Part shown: in pieces, positions 48,540-59,600 of the stretch | Position numbering within the stretch: position 1 is the first letter of the stretch | How the letters are laid out: the number at the start of each line of letters is the position of its first letter | Source of the DNA: an uncultured Lachnospiraceae bacterium | GTDB taxonomy: Bacteria > Bacillota > Clostridia > Lachnospirales > Lachnospiraceae | Length of the DNA: 64,000 nt | Direction: 5' to 3' | Assembly (NCBI GenBank): GCA_964591945.1 | Contig: CAZQBM010000002.1 | Span: forward strand, 6,550 to 70,549 | Position numbers and translations under genes: made by a program | The notes under the pieces: model-generated | Told to the model about the DNA's origin: nothing | Databases searched by the model: none | Seen by the model: the letters and a program-made list of their open reading frames with translations, nothing else

Positions 48540-49136
48540 ATGAGTATTAATTCAGTAACCACATCTATGGAAGCTTCTTACAGCACCTATGCAACCAAGA
48601 CTGACTCTGTCAAGAAGGCAGAGAATACTGCCAAGGCAAACGAAGCCGCTGCTGTATATGAATCTTCTGCAAGCAAACCTTACTCAAGCAAAAAGGTTGC
48701 AAATCCTGAACTTGTCAATCAGTTAAAAGCTGCCAATGATGCAAGAGTTGCACAGTTGGAAGATATCGTACATAAGTTGATTGCAGGCCAGGGCGATGCT
48801 TACGGTAAGGCAAATAACATTTGGCAGTTCCTTGCAAGCGGTAATTTCACAGTTGATCCTGCCACCAAGGCTCAGGCTCAGGCTGACATCGCCGAAGACG
48901 GATATTGGGGTGTAAATGCTACTTCAGACCGTATCGTAGATTTTGCAGTTGCATTGGCAGGCGACGATCCCGAGAAGTTGGAGGAGATGAGAGCCGCATT
49001 CCAGAAAGGTTTTGACCAGGCAACCAAGACCTGGGGCGGAGAACTTCCCGACATTTCCCAGAGAACTTATGATGCAGTTATGAAGAAATTCGATAAGTTG
49101 ACAGGCAAAGTCGAAGAAACTACAGCAACCAATTAA
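48540..49136 (+). CDS. Conserved hypothetical protein, probably in the flagellar regulon
   Basis: EDGYWGV..TSDRI.DFA.AL..GF.QA...WGG.LP.IS..TYD motif; sigma-28 promoter. Confidence 0.75.
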   Translation: MSINSVTTSMEASYSTYATKTDSVKKAENTAKANEAAAVYESSASKPYSSKKVANPELVNQLKAANDARVAQLEDIVHKLIAGQGDAYGKANNIWQFLASGNFTVDPATKAQAQADIAEDGYWGVNATSDRIVDFAVALAGDDPEKLEEMRAAFQKGFDQATKTWGGELPDISQRTYDAVMKKFDKLTGKVEETTATN

Positions 49137-49267
49137 TGCATTTTAGGTCGGTTTTATTTTAGTCCGGCAGGCATTGATTTTTTAACGAAAACGAATATTT
49201 AGGACTCTGTACGCATATTCTGTAGAGAATACGTGCAGAGTCTTATTTTATTGAAAGGAGTTTCGTT

Positions 49268-50812
49268 ATGGACTTAATCAAAACCAATATACATATGGAT
49301 CGTACCGATTGCCGCGTCGAATCCCAGTTTACTTTGGATGAAGATTGCAATGTTTCTGACAGCAAGGCAGACATTGCCCGCATTCTTTTATCCGACGGTA
49401 TTATTAAAATCGAGGAAATTCGCACTTACGACGAGCAGGTTCTGGTACGCGGAAAGCTGATATATCATATTTTATACGAAGCAGATGACAGTTTCGGCGC
49501 CCTACATTCTTTAAATGGCAAAATCCCCTTTGAAGAACGCATCAATGCCGACTGTATTTCTTCCGGCGACAATCCTTTGATTACCGCAGACTTGGAACAT
49601 TTACATATTACAACCGTTAATTCCCGCAAAATCAACGTGCAGGCATTAATGCTTCTAACCGTCCTGCAGGAATCCATCCGAAGCGACGAAATCAGCACTG
49701 GCGTCACCAAGGACGAACCTGTAGAATACCGTCTTTGCAACAGACAGCTTCTAAGTATTGCAGTGATGAAAAAAGATCTCTGTCGCATTCGCGACGAAGT
49801 CAAACTTCCTGCAAATCTTCCTGAAATGGAAGAAATCCTTTGGAGCGACCTTTCTTTAAGCGGTGTGGAATTCAAACCCGTAGAAGATAAATTAAACATC
49901 AAATGCGATGTGAATATTTTCGTCATTTACAGACCCTGCGACGGTGGGAACGGCTATGAATTTTTTGAAACCACAGTTCCCTTCAGCCATAGTATTGAAT
50001 GCAACGCAAGCAAGGAATATCTCATTCCCTATATTTCCTATAACCTCTCGCAAAAAGATTGTGAAATCCGTCCGGACTTGGACGGCGAAGAACGCGTTAT
50101 TGGTTTTGATGTGATTATGGATTTGTACATCAAATTATACGAAGATATGAATCTTGACTACGTATGCGATGTTTACGGGGTACACAAAGAATTGGATGTA
50201 GAATACGAAACGTATGATATCAAAACACTTTTAGCGCAGTCTACCGCCGTTTTGCACCTTCAGGAAAAAGTGCCCTATAATTTCAAAGGCGAAGATCTTT
50301 TACAGATCAAATATAGCTCCGCCAAACTTTTCCCGGAAAGTGCCGTTATCGGAAATAACTCCGTGGATATCGAAGGTTATATTGCCGTAACTATGCTTTA
50401 TATTACAGATGACGACCGTTTTCCGTACAGAACCGGCAATTTCGAAGTCCCTTTTAGTTATTCCATTGATTTACCCGGCATTAATACACAGACTATTTAT
50501 CAGCTGAATGCAGATTTGGAACAGTGTCAGGTCATCTCTGCCGGAAGCGACAATCTGGATGTTAAAGTAAATGTGGCGTTCCAGATTTTTGCTTATGACA
50601 GCAATGTATTAGAAGCCGTAAGCAGCATCGAAGAGTCCGAATCTGTGTGCGCCGTAAACCGTCCCGGTATCGCAGTCTATTATGTAAAAGACGGGGATTG
50701 TTTGTGGAATATCGGTAAAGAATACCGCGTGCCTTTGGCGCGAATCAAGGAGCAAAATGCCTTAACCACGGACAGCGTGCGCAAGGGCCAGAAACTGATT
50801 GTGATGAAATGA
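49268..50812 (+). CDS. SPOCS (DUF3794) repeat + LysM spore-coat protein (SipL-like)
   Basis: Repeated beta-rich SPOCS units; C-terminal LysM YYVKDGDCLWNIGKEY..N.L; sigma-E-like GAATA..CATATTCT at 49193-49221. Confidence 0.88.
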   Translation: MDLIKTNIHMDRTDCRVESQFTLDEDCNVSDSKADIARILLSDGIIKIEEIRTYDEQVLVRGKLIYHILYEADDSFGALHSLNGKIPFEERINADCISSGDNPLITADLEHLHITTVNSRKINVQALMLLTVLQESIRSDEISTGVTKDEPVEYRLCNRQLLSIAVMKKDLCRIRDEVKLPANLPEMEEILWSDLSLSGVEFKPVEDKLNIKCDVNIFVIYRPCDGGNGYEFFETTVPFSHSIECNASKEYLIPYISYNLSQKDCEIRPDLDGEERVIGFDVIMDLYIKLYEDMNLDYVCDVYGVHKELDVEYETYDIKTLLAQSTAVLHLQEKVPYNFKGEDLLQIKYSSAKLFPESAVIGNNSVDIEGYIAVTMLYITDDDRFPYRTGNFEVPFSYSIDLPGINTQTIYQLNADLEQCQVISAGSDNLDVKVNVAFQIFAYDSNVLEAVSSIEESESVCAVNRPGIAVYYVKDGDCLWNIGKEYRVPLARIKEQNALTTDSVRKGQKLIVMK

Positions 50813-50824
50813 TTATAAAAGGTC

Positions 50825-50968
50825 ATGGACCGTGGTAGTAACAAATTAGTTCGAAGGGTGTTTGTACTCGTCGGCATTTGGGTTGCGTTTTTTGCAACCC
50901 TATGTGCCGTTACGTAGTACAATCAAGCGAAAGCGTCCCTGAGAATAATTATTACTACCACGGTCCAT
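50825..50968. repeat. MITE-like element with 17-bp terminal inverted repeats
   Basis: ATGGACCGTGGTAGTAA (50825-50841) / TTACTACCACGGTCCAT (50952-50968); internal GGGTTGC..GCAACCC hairpin. Confidence 0.65.
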
Positions 50969-50978
50969 TCGGTTTATA

Positions 50979-51908
50979 TTAAAATATAATTTGCTCCAAC
51001 TCTTTTTTCTTTGTTTTTAGTTGCATTTCACAATCCTTAATTTGTGCTTCAATCTCTTTTCGACTTCTTGAAATGTCATCTGTCATTTCGGTAATTTGCA
51101 CTTGCAATGTGTCCAAACTGTTCAGTTCAAGGGTTTTATTTCTGGCGCCAAGCACTCTAACCCAGTCATCAGTGTTCTTAAAATCAAGACACGCATCTCT
51201 AATTTCTACACGCAAAGCAATAATCTGCATTTCCTTGCGTAATTTCTTTAACAATTCCCTTAATTCCTTTGCCAAATTTATAGCACCAATTGTATTATTT
51301 GTTGTTGAAAGGTCAAAGACATTACCCGTTTCATTACTAAATACCGGATCCATTTCGGCCGTATATGTTGCCGCACCCATACGATTCAATATTAAGATTG
51401 CAGTCTCAAAGGCTTCGTTGCAAACATCCAAGGTTCTTTTCGCATTCTTACATCTTATGGTAAGCACATCAATTTCTTCCTCAAGTTCCAAGATTTTGTC
51501 TGCGTCTTCGCCTTTTTCAGCCAATAAAGCATTCCTTTTTGCAGCATATTCTTTTTCATATTTTTCTTTGCAACCGGCAAACTTTGCTAACATACTTTTC
51601 GCATTATGAAGTTGTGATTCCACCACCTCATATGCCTCTAATGCCAAGTCATACCGTTCTGTTGCAGCATAGGCCTCCAGCTCCTCTTTATCCACCTTGG
51701 CAGAAAACAACAGTTTCATAAAGATGTTATTCTTAGCACTCTCCGATTCTTTTACTTCTTTATTTTTCTCCGCCTCTGCCTGTTCAAGTTCTTTTTTTAA
51801 TTCAGCCAGACGTTGTTCCAGAATTTTAACTTCGTTTTGTGCTCTGTCTTCCTGAATTACTTGAATTGATAAGTCTTTTATTTCCAAACCCGAATACAAA
51901 CTTTCCAT
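50979..51908 (-). CDS. Hypothetical coiled-coil protein
   Basis: 309 aa, E/K/L-rich heptads; GGAGG RBS. Confidence 0.7.
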   Translation of the reverse strand: MESLYSGLEIKDLSIQVIQEDRAQNEVKILEQRLAELKKELEQAEAEKNKEVKESESAKNNIFMKLLFSAKVDKEELEAYAATERYDLALEAYEVVESQLHNAKSMLAKFAGCKEKYEKEYAAKRNALLAEKGEDADKILELEEEIDVLTIRCKNAKRTLDVCNEAFETAILILNRMGAATYTAEMDPVFSNETGNVFDLSTTNNTIGAINLAKELRELLKKLRKEMQIIALRVEIRDACLDFKNTDDWVRVLGARNKTLELNSLDTLQVQITEMTDDISRSRKEIEAQIKDCEMQLKTKKKELEQIIF

Positions 51909-51968
51909 TTTTCTCCTCCGGTAAAATATATGTTGAGTACTTTACTTACGCAATTTATAAATATATTT

Positions 51969-52445
51969 CTATTGCGAAAATTTCTCTAATGTATCTCCGG
52001 TCAGACGATACTGCGTCCAGTCGTCCAAAGGTCTTGCACCAAGCGATAAATAAAAGTCGATACTTGGCTGATTCCAGTCAAGACAACACCACTCCAGACG
52101 ACCACACCCCTGAGATACCGCAATGCGGGCAAGTTCTTTTAAGAGTGCCTTGCCATAGCCCTTGCCGCGATACTCTTCTTTGACAAATAAGTCTTCCAAA
52201 TAAATTCCGGCGCGCCCAAGGAATGTCGAGAAATTATAAAAGTACAAGGCAATCCCTACCGCCGTATCACCTTCCATTGCAAGAAGCACTTCCGCTTTCT
52301 TCTTTTCAAAAAGCCACTCTTTCAAAAGTTCCTCCGTCGCCACAACCTGGTCTGACATATCTTCGTATTCTGCCAAAGCATTGATGAAGGAAAGGATGGT
52401 TGATACATCATTTATATTTGCTTGTCTGATTGTAAAGTTGTTCAT
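51969..52445 (-). CDS. GNAT acetyltransferase (spermidine/diamine N-acetyltransferase-like)
   Basis: LAEYE, FSTFLGRAGIYLEDLFV..YRGKGYG, LDWN.PSI.FY..LGA. Confidence 0.92.
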   Translation of the reverse strand: MNNFTIRQANINDVSTILSFINALAEYEDMSDQVVATEELLKEWLFEKKKAEVLLAMEGDTAVGIALYFYNFSTFLGRAGIYLEDLFVKEEYRGKGYGKALLKELARIAVSQGCGRLEWCCLDWNQPSIDFYLSLGARPLDDWTQYRLTGDTLEKFSQ

Positions 52446-52530
52446 TGTTGCTCCTTCTATCCTAAAACAATCTCCCACTCACTTAATAATCACAAGTGCC
52501 GCGAAGGACAGTCCCTCCGCGGCACACATC

Positions 52531-53433
52531 TTACTTCACGCAGCCGATAAGTTCCTTAATATCTTCCACCTTGTTTCTGCGCATATATCCTTCAATTCCT
52601 TCTACAACTTCAATGGTTGTATAAGGATTCATAAAATTCATGGCACCCACAGACACTGCCGTAGCACCTGCCATAATGAACTCCAGCGCATCTTCCGCAG
52701 TTGCGATACCGCCCATACCGATGATGGGAATTTTTACCGCGTTGGCACACTGATAAACCATACGTACCGCAACCGGCTTAATAGCAGGACCTGACAAGCC
52801 ACCTGTTTTATTCGCAAGCACGAACTGACGTCTGTTAACATCAATTTTCATACCGGTAATGGTATTGATTAATGAAATTGCATCTGCACCTGCTGCCTCT
52901 GCCGCCTTAGCCATTTCGGTAATGTCGGTAACGTTGGGGCTTAACTTCATAATTACAGGCTTCTTTGCAACATTTTTAATCTTGGACGTAATATCAAACA
53001 AAGCGTCTGCCTTCTGACCGAACGCAATGGCACCTTCTTTTACATTGGGGCAGGAAACATTGATTTCCATCATGGCCACATTGGTATCATTTAAGCGTTC
53101 TACGGTCTCCAAATAATCCTCTACCGTTTTCCCGCAAACATTTACGATAACAGGGGTATCAAACTTCTTCAAGAACTCCAAATCTCTTTCGATAAAAACA
53201 TCCACACCGGGATTCTGCAAACCGATGGCATTCAACATACCGCCGTAGGTTTCTGCCACACGGGGAGTAGGATTGCCGGGCCAGGGTACATTGGCAACGC
53301 CCTTGGTCACAATGGCACCTAATTTATTCAAATCTACAAACTGGCTGTATTCCATACCGGAACCGAAAGTACCGGATGCCGTCATAACGGGATTTCTGAA
53401 AGTAACACCTGCAATAGTAACCTGAGTATTCAT
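52531..53433 (-). CDS. pyrD: Dihydroorotate dehydrogenase B, catalytic subunit
   Basis: ASGT, NAIGLQNPG, NVSCPN, KLSPNVTDI, GGLSG. Confidence 0.96.
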   Translation of the reverse strand: MNTQVTIAGVTFRNPVMTASGTFGSGMEYSQFVDLNKLGAIVTKGVANVPWPGNPTPRVAETYGGMLNAIGLQNPGVDVFIERDLEFLKKFDTPVIVNVCGKTVEDYLETVERLNDTNVAMMEINVSCPNVKEGAIAFGQKADALFDITSKIKNVAKKPVIMKLSPNVTDITEMAKAAEAAGADAISLINTITGMKIDVNRRQFVLANKTGGLSGPAIKPVAVRMVYQCANAVKIPIIGMGGIATAEDALEFIMAGATAVSVGAMNFMNPYTTIEVVEGIEGYMRRNKVEDIKELIGCVK

Positions 53434-54209
53434 TAAATATCCACCTCCCTAGCATCAAATACGGGGCCTTCCGTACAAATTCTTGTATTGTTTACGTGAG
53501 AATGATGATCCTTCTTGGTGGTTTTGCACACGCATCCAAGGCAAGCACCAACACCGCAAGCCATTCTCTCTTCCAACGAAATATATGCAGTAATGTTGTT
53601 TTCTTCCGCATATTTTTTAATCGCGCGAAGCATGGGCATAGGACCGCATGCCATAATGATATCCGGCTTAATTGTCGTTGTTCCCAAAGCAGTTAAAACA
53701 TTGCCCTTGCAACCCACGCTGCCGTCTTCCGTTGCAATATACACATTGCCGTAGGGCATAAAATCATCCGCAAGGAAGTTATATCTGTCACGGTATCCCA
53801 AGAAAATATGCTTGTCCGCATTCAATGCCTTGGCAAGCCCTAACATAGGCGGAATACCGATACCGCCGCCCATAAGAACAACGGTCTTTCCTTCTGCCTC
53901 TTCTACAGGGAAACCATTGCCTAAATTAGCAAGAATCTCCATGGTATCTTCTGCCTTGTAGGTAGCAAATTCCTTGGTTCCCTCACCTGCCACACGGTAC
54001 ACAAGACGCATTCTTTTATTCTCTCTGTCCACATCACAAATACTGATGGGGCGCACCAGCAAGTGTGACTTATCCTTCGGATAAATTCCGATAAACTGTC
54101 CCGCATTTGCATGGACTGCTGCCTCTGTTTCAATGAGACAATCATAAATACCTTCCGCAATTTCGGTCTGACTGTAGACCTTAGCGGTTTCTTTTTTTCG
54201 ATAAAACAT
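53433..54209 (-). CDS. pyrK: Dihydroorotate dehydrogenase electron-transfer subunit
   Basis: RPISI, GGGIG.PP, CGP, MACGVGACLGC..C.EGPVF. Confidence 0.95.
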   Translation of the reverse strand: MFYRKKETAKVYSQTEIAEGIYDCLIETEAAVHANAGQFIGIYPKDKSHLLVRPISICDVDRENKRMRLVYRVAGEGTKEFATYKAEDTMEILANLGNGFPVEEAEGKTVVLMGGGIGIPPMLGLAKALNADKHIFLGYRDRYNFLADDFMPYGNVYIATEDGSVGCKGNVLTALGTTTIKPDIIMACGPMPMLRAIKKYAEENNITAYISLEERMACGVGACLGCVCKTTKKDHHSHVNNTRICTEGPVFDAREVDI

Positions 54210-54212
54210 ATC

Positions 54213-54770
54213 TTACCTCCTATATCCCTTTCCTTGTGCGTACATATGCAATCTTTCTCTATGCAAAGGGTGAATAGCGTACTCCGATATAACCCCCGCA
54301 TCCAGCATTTGCAAAAGATAAATCGCAAACACTTTAAAATTTCCCAGATGTTTTTCTACCTGAAATTTCGTTTGATCTCGAAAAACCAATTCAATGTAAT
54401 AATAGCTGGTCTTTAATCCGCTATGATGATTACACTCAATAGCCACAATATCCGAACATGTATAAGCTGTTTTTTTCAGTATTTTTCTTAACACCAGTTG
54501 TTGTCTGTAAACAATCACGGCTTTGGATGATAAAAAGAAATACAGAAAGAGCAAAAACCATAAAAAACCCATAATCAAGCCCATGCCGATAACACCCAAT
54601 AAAGTGTTTTTCTCCGGTATTCGTAACAGTAACATAAGCAACATTTCAATCGGTGTTATTACAAAAATGTGAACCAGAATAAACGCAAGCAGGTAGCCTC
54701 TTATCCAACCGCCTTGTACCTTAAATTCATGATTCATAACCGGAGGTGCAACTACATTCGAATTGTACAT
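54213..54770 (-). CDS. Hypothetical two-TM membrane protein inside the pyr operon
   Basis: 185 aa, AT-richer than its neighbours, GGAGG RBS. Confidence 0.7.
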   Translation of the reverse strand: MYNSNVVAPPVMNHEFKVQGGWIRGYLLAFILVHIFVITPIEMLLMLLLRIPEKNTLLGVIGMGLIMGFLWFLLFLYFFLSSKAVIVYRQQLVLRKILKKTAYTCSDIVAIECNHHSGLKTSYYYIELVFRDQTKFQVEKHLGNFKVFAIYLLQMLDAGVISEYAIHPLHRERLHMYAQGKGYRR

Positions 54771-54781
54771 ATATATTCCTC

Positions 54782-56047
54782 CTAATCCTTGTACACTACC
54801 TTACCCTTACAAATAGTATACTTCACCTTGCCCGTCAGTTCTTCCCCTAAGAAAGGTGAATTCTGTGACTTGGATTGAAAACCGGTTACTGTCCACTTCT
54901 CATCCGGGTTAAAAATCACGATATCCGCAGGGCCTCCTGCTCTTAAATCCCCTCTGTCGATATTATACATTGCCGCAGGTTTGGCGGTCAGCTTGTCCAG
55001 CACATCCATCATAGACATGCCGGCCTCTTTTACCAGCTTCTCAATGCATAAAGGCAATGCTGCTTCCAATCCCAACATACCGCTTGGCGCCTCGGTTAAA
55101 GGCTTGTCCTTTTCTTCTTTGGCATGGGGTGCATGGTCCGTAGCAATTATGTCAATAGTACCGTCTTTTAAGCCTTCGATAATGGCAAGGCGGTCTTTCT
55201 CGGTACGAATGGGGGGATTTACCTTGGCAAGGGTTCCCTTGGCAAGCACCGCTTGTTCCGTTAATGCGATATGATGAGGCGTTGCTTCCGCGTGTACGCG
55301 ATTACCGGGTACTGCCTTCGCTTTACGCACCAGTTCAACGCCTTCTTTGGTACTGATATGCTGTACATTCACAATTGCATTGGTTTCCAATGCAATCTGT
55401 AAATCTCTCTCAATCAGACTTATTTCAGCCTCACGGGGCGAACCGCCGATACCGAAATGCTCCGATGCCTTTCCACGATTGACGCCGTTATTGGTAATCA
55501 GGGACGCATCTTCTTCATGAAGGCTAATGGGCATATTCATTGCCGCAGTTTTCTCCATAGCTTCTCTAAGAATCGCTTCATCCATCAATGGAATACCGTC
55601 ATCCGTAAAACCAATGGCACCTGCCTTTGCAAGGGCATCCATATCGGTTAATTTCTCGCCTTTTAATCCGAAACTTACTGCTCCGCAGCTCTCAACGTGA
55701 ATGCCGGTTTCCTTGCCCTTGTCAAGGACATACGACAAAGTGTCCACGTTATCAATGCTGGGCTTGGTATTGCACATCATAATAACCGTGGTATAACCGC
55801 CCGCTGCCGCCGCCTTGGCTCCGGTATAAATATCTTCTTTGTACTCAAAGCCCGGGTCTCTGAAGTGGGTATGCACGTCCACCAGGCCGGGGGCCACAAT
55901 CAGCCCCGTTGCATCAATCACTTCTGCATCCTCACATACTTCCGCCTCACCGATTGACACGATTTTATCATCTTTGATGAAAACGTCTGCCTTACCCTCA
56001 AATCCGCTTTTGGGATTGATAACATAACCGTTTTTAATTACAATCAT
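54782..56047 (-). CDS. pyrC: Dihydroorotase
   Basis: DVHTHFRDPG, TDDG, KVNPPIR, ATDHAPH. Confidence 0.96.
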   Translation of the reverse strand: MIVIKNGYVINPKSGFEGKADVFIKDDKIVSIGEAEVCEDAEVIDATGLIVAPGLVDVHTHFRDPGFEYKEDIYTGAKAAAAGGYTTVIMMCNTKPSIDNVDTLSYVLDKGKETGIHVESCGAVSFGLKGEKLTDMDALAKAGAIGFTDDGIPLMDEAILREAMEKTAAMNMPISLHEEDASLITNNGVNRGKASEHFGIGGSPREAEISLIERDLQIALETNAIVNVQHISTKEGVELVRKAKAVPGNRVHAEATPHHIALTEQAVLAKGTLAKVNPPIRTEKDRLAIIEGLKDGTIDIIATDHAPHAKEEKDKPLTEAPSGMLGLEAALPLCIEKLVKEAGMSMMDVLDKLTAKPAAMYNIDRGDLRAGGPADIVIFNPDEKWTVTGFQSKSQNSPFLGEELTGKVKYTICKGKVVYKD

Positions 56048-56118
56048 TGGTACCTCCAAGTTTTAAAGTGAACAGTTTATGAAATAAAACTGTTTTTCTT
56101 TAAAAGTTATTTACTACA

Positions 56119-56529
56119 TTATTCAAAAAGTATAGGCTTATCAATATATTCGGTGCACACCACCACATAAGGATAGGACGGAGTTTCTGCTGTGCTTTCT
56201 GCTGCTTCCGGCCCCACTAAGGTCGTGCCCATACACACACTTTCTTCCGTCAGATACAGTGCATCCACCGTTATGCTGTATCCGCCGCTCTCCTGCTGCC
56301 CGTATCCCACGCATAAATACATAAAATCGCCGTCGGAATACGCCTGATAAAAGCTTCCTTCCTTCTTCTCTTCCAACACCGAAATCAATTCCTTAGGAAT
56401 GTTCTCCGTAGCCACAACCGAAAAATCCAAATCACGTACTTTTGCCGAAGGTTCTTCTTTTTCACTACAAGCAACCATACACATACATAAAACAGTTAAT
56501 GTAAGAAACAGGTATACTTTTTTAAACAT
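56119..56529 (-). CDS. Lipoprotein with PrcB C-terminal-like domain
   Basis: Lipobox MVAC; G.Q.SGGYSI.V..SYPYVVV. Confidence 0.75.
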   Translation of the reverse strand: MFKKVYLFLTLTVLCMCMVACSEKEEPSAKVRDLDFSVVATENIPKELISVLEEKKEGSFYQAYSDGDFMYLCVGYGQQESGGYSITVDALYLTEESVCMGTTLVGPEAAESTAETPSYPYVVVCTEYIDKPILFE

Positions 56530-56656
56530 AGTTTCGCCCTTAACTTCTTTATTTCCATTTTATGTTTTTTTACTTTTTTTATGTGTAAAACACACGCTGT
56601 TTCTGCGTTTGGCATTCACAATTTATTGCGCCTTATGCATGGCAGGCCGATTCTTT

Positions 56657-59600
56657 TTAATAGAATAAGAAGTTGTAATTATCAACATCCTTCAACTGTT
56701 CTTTTACCTTGCGGCCGTTGAATTTCAACACATCAAATCCCGCATCGCCGTACTGCATAAAATATATTTCCTTGCCGGAAACCGCGCAGTAGTTATCGCC
56801 TGCACAGCTGCCGATATCAGTCAGTACTTCACCATCATAGAAGGCAAGCATTCTGTCACCGTTCTCGTCCGCTACCTGATATGCAAATACCACACCGCGT
56901 CCGTCGGCAGTTAATGAAGTGCTGTTTGCGATAATATTTCGCGCCACCAAAGTACTGTTGTAGTAAAGGTCAACAGTTCCGTTGCCGGCATCCTTGCCGA
57001 TGTACATTTCGTTGTGTTCCATATATTCGATGGAAACCACATTATTGTCAATCACTTCAACCTTGCCCTTATCAAGCATCTGATAACCCATAGTATACAA
57101 GGTTCCTACGGTATCATTGTCGTCTGCATAGCCTACAAAATATGCCTTCTTGGCAGTCGTATCAAAATAGATTTCATCCTTCACATCCATAGGATAAACA
57201 TCCCTCATTTCGATGGCTTCGCCGTCTACTACCAGACGATATACACACTGTTCGGAAATCGGTCCCACGGCAACGAAGAACATTGCATTTTCGGAATCCG
57301 CGCCCTGACATCTCCATGCATCGGTTGTAACAAGCTTTGTCTCTTTAGCACCTTCCTTGTAATAATAGAGACCTCTTGCATCCGTCAAATAATATACTTC
57401 ACATTTTTTATCAATATTGTATACGTAACACTCTGTATAGTCTTTTCCGATTAGAACCTTTTCACCACTCTTGGCAGTTACCATATACAGTCCGTCTTCT
57501 TTTTCATAAACCACTGTTTTAAAAGCATCATCTGCTTCAATCACTTTAGTAACACCGGTTTCCAAAATTGTAATATTAGCAGTGCTTTCCAATTCAATAG
57601 TTGCGAGCTGTCCATCGCTTTCATTTAAAATCAACGCCTTGTCTTTCTTCGCATTCAAACGGAATGTAGTAACACCATTACACAAATTCTGAATTGTACC
57701 ATCTTTTACCAAATACAGGTAGAAACTGCCGTTTGACGCAAAATACACCTCTCCCTTATCCGCAACTTCATAGTCTGTCACGCTCTGGCAAATCAAAGTA
57801 ATCTTCTTGCTACCCTTTTTTGCACAATACAAATCAAACGTATTTCCGTTAATATTCTGCGCCCAATAAACATACTTGCCATCCGTTGTAACCACGGCAG
57901 GATTCTCGTCATTATTTTCGCCCTTCTCATTGAAATTCCATGAATTTGCCTGGGCAGAATATGCCACATCCTGAAAAATCGCCTTCTCTGTCATCACACA
58001 GCCGTTATCCTGATAAAAGAGAATACCGCGGGTCAATGACTGATAATGATTATGGTAAGCAATCAATCCAATGACACAACCGATAATTAAAACAGCAACT
58101 ACAATGATACTGATGATTACGGCCTTTTTATGCTTCTGATACCACTTTAAATTATCATCTTTCGCAGCCACCTCGTCTTCGATGGGCAATACGGTTTTAT
58201 TGTTATTCTTAACCTCTTCCACTGCCTTGCTGTAAGCTTCTTCTACCGCTTCATTGTCTTTCTTGATTTCTTCCATTGTCTCTTGTACCTCGCTTGTTTT
58301 GCTGTTTACAACTTTATCTTCGTTTTCAATCTCTTCTGTCTGCACTTCCGACTCGCCACCCGCCTCACACGTAGGCTCATTTTCCTGCGTTAAAAATTCC
58401 ACCAGTTCCGTAAAATGCATTCCGTGGGACGCCTTAATCAATACCGCATCCCCTTGTTTCAAAAGCCCTGCAACTTCATTTTTACAATCTTCCGGGGTCG
58501 CAAAATGATAAAGTTCCATGGCATCTTTTTTATTCTCACATTCGACCGCACCCTGATACATTTCTTCGCTCAAGGTACCGACACAAATCAGTGCATCCAC
58601 ATTTTGCTTTGCAGCATATTCACCAACTCCGCGGTGCAAGGCCTTCTCATTCTCGCCAAGCTCAAACATATCACCGAGAATCGCCACTTTACGTGTATTC
58701 GCCTCGCCCAGCAAATCAATAGCTGCCTTCATAGACACAGGGTTGGCATTGTAGCAGTCATCAATGAGGGTATATTCAGACGTTTGAATCAAATGGCTTC
58801 GTCCGCTGACTGCTTCCACCGAACGGATTCCCTTTTCAATTTCCTCTGCATTAAGCCCCATAGTTTTACCTACGGCAGTTGCCGCCAAAGCATTGTAAAC
58901 CATATGCTTGCCGGGCAGTGGAATCTCTGCCTCTATTTTCATATCGCCTGCGTGAATCACACATTCACTGCCAAACAATCCTTTATTCACCACATTGCTT
59001 GCGTAAACCTCTGCGTTCTCATCCATACCGTAAAAGACCGGTTTCTTTCCGTTTACTTCCGCAATGCCCGCCAGCTTATCATCATCTGCGAACAGACAGG
59101 CCGTTCCGCCTTCCTTCAAATTCGCAAACACTTCCGTCTTCGCTTTTAACACGCCGTCCCTGTCGCCTAACTGCTCTAAATGACACTGGCCGATATTCGT
59201 AATAACGCACACATCCGGCTGCGCAATTTCAGATAATCTTGTCATCTCGCCAAAATCGCTGATGCCCATCTCAAGCACTGCCACCTCATGCTCATCACGA
59301 AGTTTCAGAACCGTCAGCGGAAGTCCCACTTCGTTGTTGAAATTCCCCTCGGTTTTCAACACCTTATATTTCCGTGCAAGAACAGATGCAATAAACTCTT
59401 TGGTGCTGGTTTTACCAACGCTTCCTGTAATGCCGACCACCTTGATATCAAGGCTTTCCCGATAAAATTTAGCAATCTGCTTCAAAGCAGTAAAAGTATC
59501 TTTTACAACAATAAAAGTCCCTTCCACGCCTTCGGGAATGTGTTCACACACGGCTATTACAGCGCCGAGTTCAAAGGCTTTGGCTATGTAATTATGACCA

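Noticed and set aside
56048-56118. PyrR attenuator upstream of pyrC
   Set aside because: No PyrR-binding loop consensus; only a simple AACAGTTT..AAACTGTT hairpin
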